A stretch of 64,000 nt of DNA from a virus (lineage: Duplodnaviria > Caudoviricetes). This document shows, one piece after another, positions 10,934 to 20,220 of this stretch (position 1 is its first letter; every line of letters starts with the position of its first letter). The notes below the pieces were generated by a model. The model had not been told where the DNA came from. It was given only the letters and a program-made list of their open reading frames with translations, and did no database searches. The position numbers and the translations under genes were made by a program. Where the stretch lies: IMG/VR virus record IMGVR_UViG_3300027333_000001; one strand, given 5' to 3'.

Positions 10934-11248
10934 ATGAAATTAGAAGAAATCTTAAAAACACAAAACCATATGGCTTTTCTTAAAGTGCATTTAGAAGAAC
11001 ATAAACTTAAAATCTTAATGAGTAATATCAATATTTCACATAACATAAGAACATATAGCTTTGATATAAATACAGATTGGTTTTTTAAGATTGTCTATGC
11101 AGATGGTGGAGTTAGAGTAATTACTCTTAAAAATAAAGAAAAAAACTTTGATCTCATTCCTAGATTTTTTGGTTTGGATCTCGATGCTAAAAATATTAAA
11201 ACAATCTGTTCTTATGTAAATCAAATTATTTGTTCTGGCAAACTCTAA
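10934..11248 (+). CDS. Hypothetical protein
   Basis: 104-aa ORF with AAAGGA SD. Confidence 0.55.
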   Translation: MKLEEILKTQNHMAFLKVHLEEHKLKILMSNINISHNIRTYSFDINTDWFFKIVYADGGVRVITLKNKEKNFDLIPRFFGLDLDAKNIKTICSYVNQIICSGKL

Positions 11249-11639
11249 ATCCTGTTAATAAAAGTGGATTGCCAATCAGATCATCTTCTAATCTTTCAGA
11301 ATAGTCGCTTTGAACTTCAAAATGATCTTTATATTGATACCATTCTGATGATGTTAATAATCTAATACCATTTGCACTTGTATTCTTTTCATAATACATA
11401 CCTGTTTCATTTTTCCATGCTTCGTAGACAGGTTGCAAACCATAAACTTCACTTAGCTTATTACAAAATAAAAGATATTCAGAATTATCAAGAATGTTAT
11501 GCACAGGTAGAGTATCTTCTTTATAGATAGAATGATTATGTAAAGTACCGAGAACTTGGATAAACAAACCTTGTGTGATTAGTTTTTTTGTAATAATGAT
11601 ATTAGGAAAAGTAATAACTTCTATCATAAAGGAACTCAC
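11226..11639 (-). CDS. Hypothetical protein
   Basis: 137-aa ORF; start uncertain. Confidence 0.45.
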   Translation of the reverse strand: MSSFMIEVITFPNIIITKKLITQGLFIQVLGTLHNHSIYKEDTLPVHNILDNSEYLLFCNKLSEVYGLQPVYEAWKNETGMYYEKNTSANGIRLLTSSEWYQYKDHFEVQSDYSERLEDDLIGNPLLLTGFRVCQNK

Positions 11640-11640
11640 T

Positions 11641-11970
11641 ATGTTTTCAATGGAAATGGGTCGTCAAATCCTATTGCTTATCCAACAGGGAAAGACAATT
11701 AAAGAAGTAGGCGAGATTTTATCTTTACCTGCTAGAACTATACATAGGCATAAAAAGAAATATCAAGAACTCACAAATATAGATATGTCTATAGAATATA
11801 ATCAGCATTTATTTGCATACAAGTTATATCTAGCAGGAATGCCTATGAAAGATATAGCTAGATTTTTAAACTATAAACGATATAACAATGTTTTGTCTAT
11901 CATCCAAAAATATAAGAAATCTAAGATCAAAATCGATCTTAAAATTCACACAATAGGAATCATAGAATGA
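11641..11970 (+). CDS. Tandem helix-turn-helix DNA-binding protein
   Basis: Two HTH-like segments (GKTIKEVGEILSLPARTIHRH; GMPMKDIARFLN); ATG 11641 after AAAGGA. Confidence 0.65.
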   Translation: MFSMEMGRQILLLIQQGKTIKEVGEILSLPARTIHRHKKKYQELTNIDMSIEYNQHLFAYKLYLAGMPMKDIARFLNYKRYNNVLSIIQKYKKSKIKIDLKIHTIGIIE

Positions 11971-12605
11971 TCACATTAGGTTTAGATCCATCATTAAGAG
12001 CATTTGGTTGGACTTTAATAAATGACAATGCAGAAATTATGGACAAAGGTTTATTAGGCACAGATGCTGATATGATCTTTGTAGAAAGATATATGTATTT
12101 AAGACAGGAAGTTTTAGCTTTAATACATAATATCAAAACTCAATATCCAAATGAGAACTTAACAATGGCAGTGGAATCACCATATTTTAATGACTTGTTT
12201 TCTGAAGGTATGTATGGTCTTTTCTTATATGTAAATGAAGCTATTAAGTTAGGCGAAGTAGATGTTATGTTTTTATCACCATTACAGGTAAAGGCTCATG
12301 CACATAAATATTTAGGTAGACCAAAAGGCTGGAAAATGCAAAAATCAGATATGGTTTTAGCCTGTAAAAAAGCAAATCCAAATGTTAAGAAACTTAATAA
12401 CCACCAAGCAGATGCCTATTGGGTAGCTAGAACAGGACAAAGGTTTTGGAAATTTGTAAATGAGATTATTACAGATGCAGATTTAGATGATGTAGAGAAA
12501 AGTCAGTTTGCTAGATTAGATTTAAATAAAGCAGGACAGGTAAAAAGCAAAGGCATCATGTATAAAGAAGATGATCGTTTTTTTAGGTGGTCTTTAAAAA
12601 GTTAA
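11967..12605 (+). CDS. ruvC: RuvC-like Holliday junction resolvase
   Basis: LGLDPSL, MAVESPY, PLQVK and NNHQADAY catalytic pattern. Confidence 0.75.
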   Translation: MITLGLDPSLRAFGWTLINDNAEIMDKGLLGTDADMIFVERYMYLRQEVLALIHNIKTQYPNENLTMAVESPYFNDLFSEGMYGLFLYVNEAIKLGEVDVMFLSPLQVKAHAHKYLGRPKGWKMQKSDMVLACKKANPNVKKLNNHQADAYWVARTGQRFWKFVNEIITDADLDDVEKSQFARLDLNKAGQVKSKGIMYKEDDRFFRWSLKS

Positions 12606-12661
12606 TAAATTATTTATCTAATATTCTTTTGTAGATTTTCTTTCTACAAAGGACTAAAAAA

Positions 12662-13555
12662 ATGTTAAAGTCACAACAATTAAATGCTTTAGTAAAAGCA
12701 TCCTATGTTCATCCACAAGGACATAAATTAAGAAAAGCCTGTTATAACTACATGATGCTCTCTTCAAGAAGAGCAAATGCAGGTATGACATTTGAAGAAA
12801 TGTTGCCAATGATTCAAGAATTGCCATTAGAGCAACAAGCACAGATCAAAGAAAGTATTATTAAAGCAAGTCTTAAACTTGATGTAGATAAGATCACTAA
12901 TTATGTCAAAGCACATGGTGGCAATACTGTAGCAAATTTCTTTCAAAGTGAAGATATTTCTATGAAAGAAATTTTAACTACCAAAGTACCTGATGCAATT
13001 GCATCAGGTTTGAAAACACTAACAAAGTCTTTATTAAAGACTTTGGTTTTTTGTGTAGATGCTATTACTTTAAGAAATAGTGATACATATCTTGAAGAAA
13101 TGGATGAGAAATACGATTTGCATTTATCCTATAATTATGAGCATAAGGCATTGGTCTTTTTGCCAAGATTATTAGTTCTATTTGCTTTTGCATTATTTAT
13201 GAAAAATGTTGCTAATGGTACATCATCTGTGTTTGAATTTTTAGATACCTATGGTCAATATGCAGGTGCAGTATTTACACCTACATTTGTCTTATCAGCA
13301 TTATATGCTTCTTTCAATCCTAGAAGTGCAATGAAATTTTTAGATAGGATGTATAGTGCTATCTCTACACCTTTAACTACATCATGGGATATTATTTCAC
13401 ATTTCTATGAAAATCTAGGTGTAGAATCGGGTATTTCTTGGATTTCAAGTAAACTAAAAAACATTTGGAATACTATTATTGGCGAAACTTCAGAAGATAT
13501 GTTCGCCAATGCACAATTTAAAACAGCATATCTACAAGCATTAAAATCTTATTAA
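12662..13555 (+). CDS. Hypothetical protein with predicted transmembrane segments
   Basis: Hydrophobic stretches (LVFLPRLLVLFAFALFM; GAVFTPTFVLSALYA); basic-x-A motifs near the N-terminus (KASY, RRANA). Confidence 0.55.
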   Translation: MLKSQQLNALVKASYVHPQGHKLRKACYNYMMLSSRRANAGMTFEEMLPMIQELPLEQQAQIKESIIKASLKLDVDKITNYVKAHGGNTVANFFQSEDISMKEILTTKVPDAIASGLKTLTKSLLKTLVFCVDAITLRNSDTYLEEMDEKYDLHLSYNYEHKALVFLPRLLVLFAFALFMKNVANGTSSVFEFLDTYGQYAGAVFTPTFVLSALYASFNPRSAMKFLDRMYSAISTPLTTSWDIISHFYENLGVESGISWISSKLKNIWNTIIGETSEDMFANAQFKTAYLQALKSY

Positions 13556-13559
13556 AAAT

Positions 13560-13588
13560 TTGCCAATTCCTTATTAAAATCCTATAAG
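13560..13588 (+). promoter_or_regulatory. Sigma70-like promoter of recA
   Basis: TTGCCA-N17-TATAAG. Confidence 0.6.
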
Positions 13589-13623
13589 ATGAGATACCTT
13601 TCAAGTCCATAGGAGTTATCAAT

Positions 13624-14850
13624 ATGGCAAAAGCTAACCTTTCCAAAATCGCAGGTGTTTTAAAAGCATCTCTTAAAGAAGATTTTGTAGTTCAACTTGA
13701 CGATTCTAAAGTCAATTCCACAACACCCCATGTTTCCACAGGATCAATCGCTTTAGATTATCTTATTGGTGGCAAAGAAAATGAAAGAGGTGTTAAACCA
13801 TGCCCCGGACTTCCTAGAGGTCGTATTACTAATATCTATGGCAATGCAGGTGCAGGTAAAACTACTATTGCATTACAAACTGCCGCCCAAGTTTGCCAAG
13901 CTGGTGGTACTGTTCTTTACATCGATTGGGAAAATGAAGTAGAACCTAAATATGCTCAAGCATTAGGTGTACCTGTCACTGATAAAGATAAATTCATGCT
14001 CGTTCAACCTGATACTCTTGAAACAGGTTTAAAGTACATGGCTATGTTTGCAAGAGAAGGTGTTGATCTTATTGTGATTGACAGTGTTGGCGCCGCAGTT
14101 CCACAAGCTATGTTTGAAAAACAAGATGGTGAAACACAAATGGCAGTTGGTGCTAATGCTCGTGTATGGTCTGTTTATCTTCCTAAACTAAAAAATATCA
14201 TTGCAAAGCATAATACCTGTGTGATTGGTATTTCTCAATTAAGAGAAGCTATTGGTGGCATGACATCCTTTGCGGGTCCAAAAACTACACCACAAGGTGG
14301 TAAAGCATGGCAGTATTACTCAACCTTGCAAATCAAATTATCTGTTGTTCAAAAAGAAAAAGGCAAACTTTGGGATGGTCTACAAGGTAAGATGATTGAA
14401 ACTGTAACAGGTGCAGTAGTAAGGGCACATTTAGATAAATGTAAAGTATCTGATAGTGTTCACCATGAAGTAGATTTCTTCTTAATGAGTGGCAAAGGTG
14501 TAGATAATGAAAGAACTATTATTGATCTAGCTATTAATAGTGGTGTGATCAGTAAAAAAGGTGCTTGGTTCTCATGGCAATCACCAACAGGTGAATTAAG
14601 ATCTCAAGGTCTTGCAGGTTTTAAAGAACAATTACAAGCTATGGATGGTGGTCTAGTCGCTTTGTTTACTCAAGTTAAACCTTTCATCTCTCAAAATAAA
14701 GATGGTGGTGTTGCTCCAGCAGATGCAACAGCAACTGCATCAGAAGAAAAAGCACCAGCTAAAAATAGCAAGCTAGATAAAATGGCAAGTGCTAACCTTG
14801 ATGATATGTTTGGTGATGATGATGAAGAATTTTTTGATGATGAAGAATAA
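13624..14850 (+). CDS. recA: RecA recombinase
   Basis: STGSIALD, GNAGAGKTT, YIDWEN, IVIDSV, ISQLRE, TPQGGKA and KGAWF; acidic tail; no intein. Confidence 0.93.
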   Translation: MAKANLSKIAGVLKASLKEDFVVQLDDSKVNSTTPHVSTGSIALDYLIGGKENERGVKPCPGLPRGRITNIYGNAGAGKTTIALQTAAQVCQAGGTVLYIDWENEVEPKYAQALGVPVTDKDKFMLVQPDTLETGLKYMAMFAREGVDLIVIDSVGAAVPQAMFEKQDGETQMAVGANARVWSVYLPKLKNIIAKHNTCVIGISQLREAIGGMTSFAGPKTTPQGGKAWQYYSTLQIKLSVVQKEKGKLWDGLQGKMIETVTGAVVRAHLDKCKVSDSVHHEVDFFLMSGKGVDNERTIIDLAINSGVISKKGAWFSWQSPTGELRSQGLAGFKEQLQAMDGGLVALFTQVKPFISQNKDGGVAPADATATASEEKAPAKNSKLDKMASANLDDMFGDDDEEFFDDEE

Positions 14851-14911
14851 ATAAATGAGATAAAACTTGCTCAATATCTTATAATATAAAACAATCATAA
14901 GAGCAGGTTTA

Positions 14912-16312
14912 TTGAAAATGAAAATAAAAGTAGAGAACTTTCAATCTATAAGTAAAGCAGAAATAGAAGTAAAAGGTCTAACTGTAATCACAGGTCAAAA
15001 TAATACAGGTAAATCTGCTTTAGCTAGATCAATCATAGGTGCATTTACAAATTTAAGAGGAAATGCTTTTGTTAGACAAGGTACTCAAGTTGCTAAAGTA
15101 GATATATCCTTTGATGATGGTAATCGTCTTATTTGGTCTAAAGGTAAAAATACAAACCAATATGAGATCAATAGTAAACTCATTCAGAAAGTAGGCAGTG
15201 ATACACCTGATGAAGTTTTAAATTTAGGTGTTAAAGCAGTCAATGTAGATGGCAAAGAAATTCATCCACAATTTGCTAAACAATTTCAACAAGTGTTTTT
15301 AATAGATTTGCCACCATCATCATTAGCAAGTGCCTTATCCGATGTAGATGTTATTCAAAAGCTAGAACAAGCTACTGCTAGTTTAAGAACAGATATAAAA
15401 AATCAAAACTCTTTAAACAATGCGAAAAGAGATGAATATAATAAAGAGAAGATTAAGCTAGAACAATTTGAAGGACTAGATGAACTTGAATTACAAGCAC
15501 AGCGAATAGAATTATTAGAAACACAAATAGAGGCAGTGGCAACCAAGTTATCCGTCTTGCAGGAAATTAAGATTAAGAAAGATAAGCTAGAAAAGATAGT
15601 CTTAATACTTAATGATTTATTACATATCTTATTCACAAAAGACAGTGAAGAGATTTTAGTATTAGATGAGAAGATCCGAACAGCGAATGGAATTAAAGTT
15701 AAGAGAGATGTTTTAGAAAACATATTAGATTTAAAATGTGATTTAGATGAGATTTCATTTTGTGAATTGAATGTAGACCTTATGCAGATGGCAAACCAAT
15801 TAAAAGATATGGTCAAAATCTCAAAGGTAAAAAATGTTTTAACGAAAGTGTTGGATTTAGAAAATGATTTGGTAAATACAGGTTTAACAAATATAAGCAT
15901 AGAACAAGTCATAGATAGGTTATCCGTGCTTGAATCTAATCAAAGACAAAGAAAGGTCTTAAAAGAAATGTTAAACAATCAATCCGATTTAAACTCAATT
16001 TTCTTTAGTGATTTTGATCTGAACCTAGTGGATCATTTAGAAAACTTAGTATCTTTAAGAAAGCAAAGAACAAAGGTAAAGTTATTGACTTCTATTTTAG
16101 AAGTAGGTTTAAAGAATATTCATATTAGTGATATGCCAGCATTAGACGATTCTTTATTTGAGATCAAAAAACAAAAGGAAATGTTATTTAAAGATATTCA
16201 AAATATAAATGAAGATTTGATAAGTGTTTCAGAGGAATTAGAAAATTTAAATGAACAGATAGGTGATACCTGTCCATTATGCCAAAGTGGTTTACATGAT
16301 CATTTGGCTTAA
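14912..16312 (+). CDS. Rad50/SbcC-like SMC ATPase, N-terminal half (Walker A, coiled coil, CxxC hook)
   Basis: KVENFQS, ITGQNNTGKS, Q-loop, long coiled coil, ending at CPLC; no Walker B or signature motif. Confidence 0.8.
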   Translation: MKMKIKVENFQSISKAEIEVKGLTVITGQNNTGKSALARSIIGAFTNLRGNAFVRQGTQVAKVDISFDDGNRLIWSKGKNTNQYEINSKLIQKVGSDTPDEVLNLGVKAVNVDGKEIHPQFAKQFQQVFLIDLPPSSLASALSDVDVIQKLEQATASLRTDIKNQNSLNNAKRDEYNKEKIKLEQFEGLDELELQAQRIELLETQIEAVATKLSVLQEIKIKKDKLEKIVLILNDLLHILFTKDSEEILVLDEKIRTANGIKVKRDVLENILDLKCDLDEISFCELNVDLMQMANQLKDMVKISKVKNVLTKVLDLENDLVNTGLTNISIEQVIDRLSVLESNQRQRKVLKEMLNNQSDLNSIFFSDFDLNLVDHLENLVSLRKQRTKVKLLTSILEVGLKNIHISDMPALDDSLFEIKKQKEMLFKDIQNINEDLISVSEELENLNEQIGDTCPLCQSGLHDHLA

Positions 16313-16506
16313 TATAAATTGTAATGATGTGCGAGGAAATGCACAGGATTTATTTTTACAGAGTACGATATATCAAACAAAAAACACAGGACCGCATGGC
16401 ATAAATTTAATGCACAATCCTAGAAATGCTATTTCTTTATATATGAGTAAAGCATTGATTAAATCACAGTGGATAAATACGAATGATGTCTATATAGGTA
16501 TAAAAA

Positions 16507-17076
16507 CTATTTAAATAAGTGTTTCATAAGGGATTTTTTAAGTTCTTTATATTTTTCTAATTTTTCTTTTGTCTGCTCAATAAGATTATCTAGATCAGAT
16601 AAGCAAGTGGCTATTTTATGCTGTTCTTGAAAGATAGGTGTTTGAATCGCTATTATACTAACATCTTTTTTTTGAAGATTTGGTATCCCCGTACCTACTT
16701 TTCTTGACATAATATCTTTTTCGATATGCTTCAAAAATTGAAAAAGGTATTGAGTGTCAATATTTGATTTAATATTTAATAGTGTATAGCAATGACCACC
16801 TGCCCAAAAATCTTCTCTCATAAGATTTACAAATCCTGTAGATGCACCACCTTCACTAATCGTAATCGTATTAGCTGGTGTGTTATAAGAATGGTAGTAA
16901 CCTGATGGTTCTACACCACCATTTATAAATTTATATCTATTTACTATGCTTTGTTTTTCAAATAACTTTGTTTTATTGATTTGATCGCCTTTGATAATAC
17001 TTCCAACATCACCAAGTTTCTTCTCTTCCCAATCAGGAAAATTACTACCATCATTCCTCTTAAACCTTAATGTCAT
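16507..17076 (-). CDS. hsdS: Half-size type I restriction-modification specificity subunit (single TRD)
   Basis: LRFKRNDGSNFPDWEEKKLGDV N-terminal conserved region, one TRD, PIFQEQHKIATCLSDLD and KKSLMKHLF C-terminal region; about 190 aa. Confidence 0.85.
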   Translation of the reverse strand: MTLRFKRNDGSNFPDWEEKKLGDVGSIIKGDQINKTKLFEKQSIVNRYKFINGGVEPSGYYHSYNTPANTITISEGGASTGFVNLMREDFWAGGHCYTLLNIKSNIDTQYLFQFLKHIEKDIMSRKVGTGIPNLQKKDVSIIAIQTPIFQEQHKIATCLSDLDNLIEQTKEKLEKYKELKKSLMKHLFK

Positions 17077-17081
17077 ATTAC

Positions 17082-18533
17082 TCAATCCTCTAAAAGAATA
17101 TCTAAACCTAATTCTACAAGATGTTCATTCACTTTACTTGTTAAAATCTTTAAGTCTTTATTGATCTGATTGATCTGTTTTAAAGTATCTACTAAATCAA
17201 TCTCTTCTTCTTCCTCAATATTACTTATATACCTTGAGATATTTAGATTAAAATCATTATTTTTAATCTCATCTAAACTAGCCAAATGAGAATATTTAGC
17301 TATCTCTTTTCTTCCTGCATAAGTGTCTATGATTTTTTCTATATGCTGATCAGTGATAAGATTGGTTTTCTTTTCTTTAATGAAATCATTAGATCCATCT
17401 ATGAAAAGAATATCTGTATTTTGCCTATTCTTTTTTAAGACTAAAACACAAGTACCAATACTTGTATTTGTAAAGAGATTTTCAGGTAATCCTATAATAG
17501 CATCTACCAAATTCTCTTCTATTAAATGCTTTCTGATCTTTTCTTCACTAGCACCACGAAATAAAACACCATGTGGCAAAAGCACAGCTGAAATACCATC
17601 ATCTGAAAGGTGGTGTGCTGAATGCTGGACAAAAGCAAAATCTGCTTTTGTTTTAGGTGCTAATAGACCACCAAATCTAATATCATTATTAGGAGTCCAT
17701 GATAAACTATATGGTGGATTAGCAACGATTGCATCAAACTTTAAATTTAAATGTAAAGGTTGCTTTAAAGTATCACCATGCTTAATATCAAAATTATTTA
17801 AATGAACATTGTGCATAACCATGTTCATTCTACATAGGTTATATGTAGTCTTCATAATTTCTTGACCATAGAAATTATCCACAGGTATCTCTTTGGCAAC
17901 ATTTAAAAGTAAAGAACCTGATCCACAGCTTGGATCATATACATTTCTTAAAGATGTCTTATTTAAACAAACAATTTTAGATAAGACTTTGGAAACTTGT
18001 TGTGGTGTGTAGAACTCACCAAAATTTCCACCATTAAAATACTCATAGACATCACCTAAAATATCTTTTTCACCTGTCAATGATGGCATCTTATTCAAGT
18101 TATTTAAGATATGTAAAAGATCACTTTTACCAAGAGATGAGAGATTGATATTCTCAAATAAAGAACTGTCTATTTCTTTAAACACATTCTTTAAATCATC
18201 TACAATGTCTAAACCTTTATTTGCTTTTTCTACTAGAAAGCTAAATAAGAGATCTTCATTTAAGAAGAAACCTAAATCTTTAAAAGCATCTTCTTTAGAT
18301 GAGTATGTCACCATCTTTTCAGAAATATGTTTATAGAAGATAAAAGCTAAAATGAAATCTCTAAATTCCATATCAGATAATGAACCTCTAATAGAATATG
18401 CAATATCTAATAGCTTTTCTACTTTGATTTCTTCTGCATTAGATAATGCTGATTTAGTAGCAGGTTTAGATAATGCAGGTGTTTCAGATTTAACTTCTAG
18501 TGTTTCATCTTCAAATAGAGAAACTTGTTTCAT
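17082..18533 (-). CDS. hsdM: Type I restriction-modification N6-adenine methyltransferase subunit
   Basis: GEFYTPQQVS, VYDPSCGSGSLL, YGQEI, VANPPY, LPHGVLFRG and FNLNISRY; extra N-terminal MKQVSLF plus linker. Confidence 0.92.
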   Translation of the reverse strand: MKQVSLFEDETLEVKSETPALSKPATKSALSNAEEIKVEKLLDIAYSIRGSLSDMEFRDFILAFIFYKHISEKMVTYSSKEDAFKDLGFFLNEDLLFSFLVEKANKGLDIVDDLKNVFKEIDSSLFENINLSSLGKSDLLHILNNLNKMPSLTGEKDILGDVYEYFNGGNFGEFYTPQQVSKVLSKIVCLNKTSLRNVYDPSCGSGSLLLNVAKEIPVDNFYGQEIMKTTYNLCRMNMVMHNVHLNNFDIKHGDTLKQPLHLNLKFDAIVANPPYSLSWTPNNDIRFGGLLAPKTKADFAFVQHSAHHLSDDGISAVLLPHGVLFRGASEEKIRKHLIEENLVDAIIGLPENLFTNTSIGTCVLVLKKNRQNTDILFIDGSNDFIKEKKTNLITDQHIEKIIDTYAGRKEIAKYSHLASLDEIKNNDFNLNISRYISNIEEEEEIDLVDTLKQINQINKDLKILTSKVNEHLVELGLDILLED

Positions 18534-18568
18534 GTTTTTCAATCCTTTTCTTTTTCTTTTTATAAATC

Positions 18569-18820
18569 TTACAAAGACATATACTGTTTTACAGTGTTAA
18601 GAATATCATTATAATCATCATCTAAGGTATATTGACCAAAAAATATCTCATCTTCATCTATATCTTCATCTTGTGTGAAAATGAATATTTTCAATAAGTT
18701 CTGATGCTTGCTAAATTCAATATCTGCATGAGTATTTTTTCCAAATACTTCAAAACAATTTGGATGAATATCTACAACTTCAAAGTCTGCTGATAAATCA
18801 TAAAATAGTTTGTCAATCAT
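18569..18820 (-). CDS. Small hypothetical protein
   Basis: 83-aa acidic ORF with AAAGGAAAA SD. Confidence 0.55.
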   Translation of the reverse strand: MIDKLFYDLSADFEVVDIHPNCFEVFGKNTHADIEFSKHQNLLKIFIFTQDEDIDEDEIFFGQYTLDDDYNDILNTVKQYMSL

Positions 18821-18895
18821 TTTGAGTTTTCCTTTTTTGTGTTAAGTAGTAATAAACATAACTGTTGAGTAGTGATTTCTTTACTAGACATTTTT

Positions 18896-19087
18896 TTAAT
18901 CTTTAACTTTGAGAGTGAAAACACCTTGTCCTGTGACAACATCAATCTCAACAAAGTGACTTAAAAGGTGTAGTGCATCAATCACTTCTTCATCATCAGA
19001 ATTGTTTTCAACAAAAGACAACAAGGTGTCTTCACAGATCAAAGTGTCCTTATCGAACATTTGAATAATGGTATTTTGACTAAGCAT
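18896..19087 (-). CDS. Small hypothetical protein
   Basis: ATG 19087 after AAAGGA, downstream of a conserved bipartite motif. Confidence 0.55.
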   Translation of the reverse strand: MLSQNTIIQMFDKDTLICEDTLLSFVENNSDDEEVIDALHLLSHFVEIDVVTGQGVFTLKVKD

Positions 19088-19132
19088 TTTGCTTTGTCCT
19101 TTCTGATTTATTTCAATCATTCATTTATATGT

Positions 19133-19164
19133 ATAAACACTTGTTCTAAAGAATAATTGCAAGT
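19133..19164 (-). promoter_or_regulatory. Bipartite motif ACTTGCAAT-N14-AGTGTTTAT (putative phage promoter)
   Basis: Exact match to a motif repeated 6-7 times in the window, always upstream of a small gene in the same orientation. Confidence 0.65.
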
Positions 19165-19184
19165 CCACTTAAAAATCTTATAAG
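19157..19184 (+). promoter_or_regulatory. Sigma70-like promoter of the Mre11 operon
   Basis: TTGCAA-N16-TATAAG; shares the palindromic TTGCAA with the divergent motif. Confidence 0.55.
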
Positions 19185-19216
19185 TATTTTTGATAAACAT
19201 AAAGGATTGAAAACCT

Positions 19217-20182
19217 ATGATTAAACTCGTTTGGCGAACAGATGTGCATTTTAGTGATTACACACCATCTAAAAGAACAGGCAATTGGACGGATGATGTT
19301 TCAAAGAAATTAGAATGGATTGGCAAATATACACATGATCATAATATAGATGCAGTTATAGATGGTGGTGATTTCTTTGATATTAAAACACCATCTAAAA
19401 ACTCACATTCTCTTGTAGGTAGAACAGCTAAAATCCATAAAGGTTATGCTTGTCCTGTCTATACTCTTGTAGGCAACCACGATGTCAAATATGGCAATAT
19501 AGACTATATAGATGAACAGCCTTTAGGTGTCTTATTTAATGCAGGTGTCTTTGATCAGTTTGGATATGATAAAGAAATTATCTTTGAGAAAGACAATGTA
19601 AAAGTAAGACTTGTAGGTATTCCATATCATGGTACTTCTTACGATTGGGATTTAATCCGATCTATAAAGAAAGGTGATGAAGATTATTTATTAGTAGCCT
19701 GTCATTTATTAGCCAGCGAAAAAGGTGGTGTAGGTGCTATGTATGAAGGTGAAGATATAGTGCCTTATAGTGATTTATTACATCAAGGTGTAGATGGTTG
19801 GTTCTTTGGTCATTGGCATAAGGATCAAGGCATAGTTATTAAAGATAAAACTACAATCGTAAATACAGGTAGCTTAACTCGTGGTGCTTTACATTTAGAT
19901 GATTTGGAAAGAAATCCGTGTATTGTAGAAGTGATTGCAGATAAACAAGGCATTTCATTTAATAGGATTGACTTACCTGTAAGAGATGTCTTAAGTGCTT
20001 TTAAGGTAGAGGAAACAATAGCTAAAAGAGAAAATAAAGATAAGATGGAAGAGGTTGTAGAAAAGATGAGATCACTGTCTATTGAAAATCATGGCATGAG
20101 TTTAAGAGATAGGATTATGCAAGTAAAAGATGTAGAAGATATAGTGAAACAAATCGCAGTAGAATATTTAGAAAAAATATAA
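19217..20182 (+). CDS. Mre11/SbcD-like metallophosphoesterase nuclease
   Basis: TDVH, GGDFFD, VGNHD, GHWH and NTGSLTR motifs. Confidence 0.88.
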   Translation: MIKLVWRTDVHFSDYTPSKRTGNWTDDVSKKLEWIGKYTHDHNIDAVIDGGDFFDIKTPSKNSHSLVGRTAKIHKGYACPVYTLVGNHDVKYGNIDYIDEQPLGVLFNAGVFDQFGYDKEIIFEKDNVKVRLVGIPYHGTSYDWDLIRSIKKGDEDYLLVACHLLASEKGGVGAMYEGEDIVPYSDLLHQGVDGWFFGHWHKDQGIVIKDKTTIVNTGSLTRGALHLDDLERNPCIVEVIADKQGISFNRIDLPVRDVLSAFKVEETIAKRENKDKMEEVVEKMRSLSIENHGMSLRDRIMQVKDVEDIVKQIAVEYLEKI

Positions 20183-20220
20183 GAAAAGCATCCAATCACT
20201 ATTAAAAAGGTGTATGCTTT

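Noticed and set aside
3-14850. Inteins or introns in nrdA, nrdB, the helicase or recA
   Set aside because: Lengths are normal and motifs are contiguous; no C/S...HN splice-junction inserts were seen.
16263-16514. ORF as a frameshifted continuation of the Rad50 N-half
   Set aside because: The translation is not coiled-coil or ABC-like and no slippery site was evident; the missing motifs are supplied by 22793-23404.
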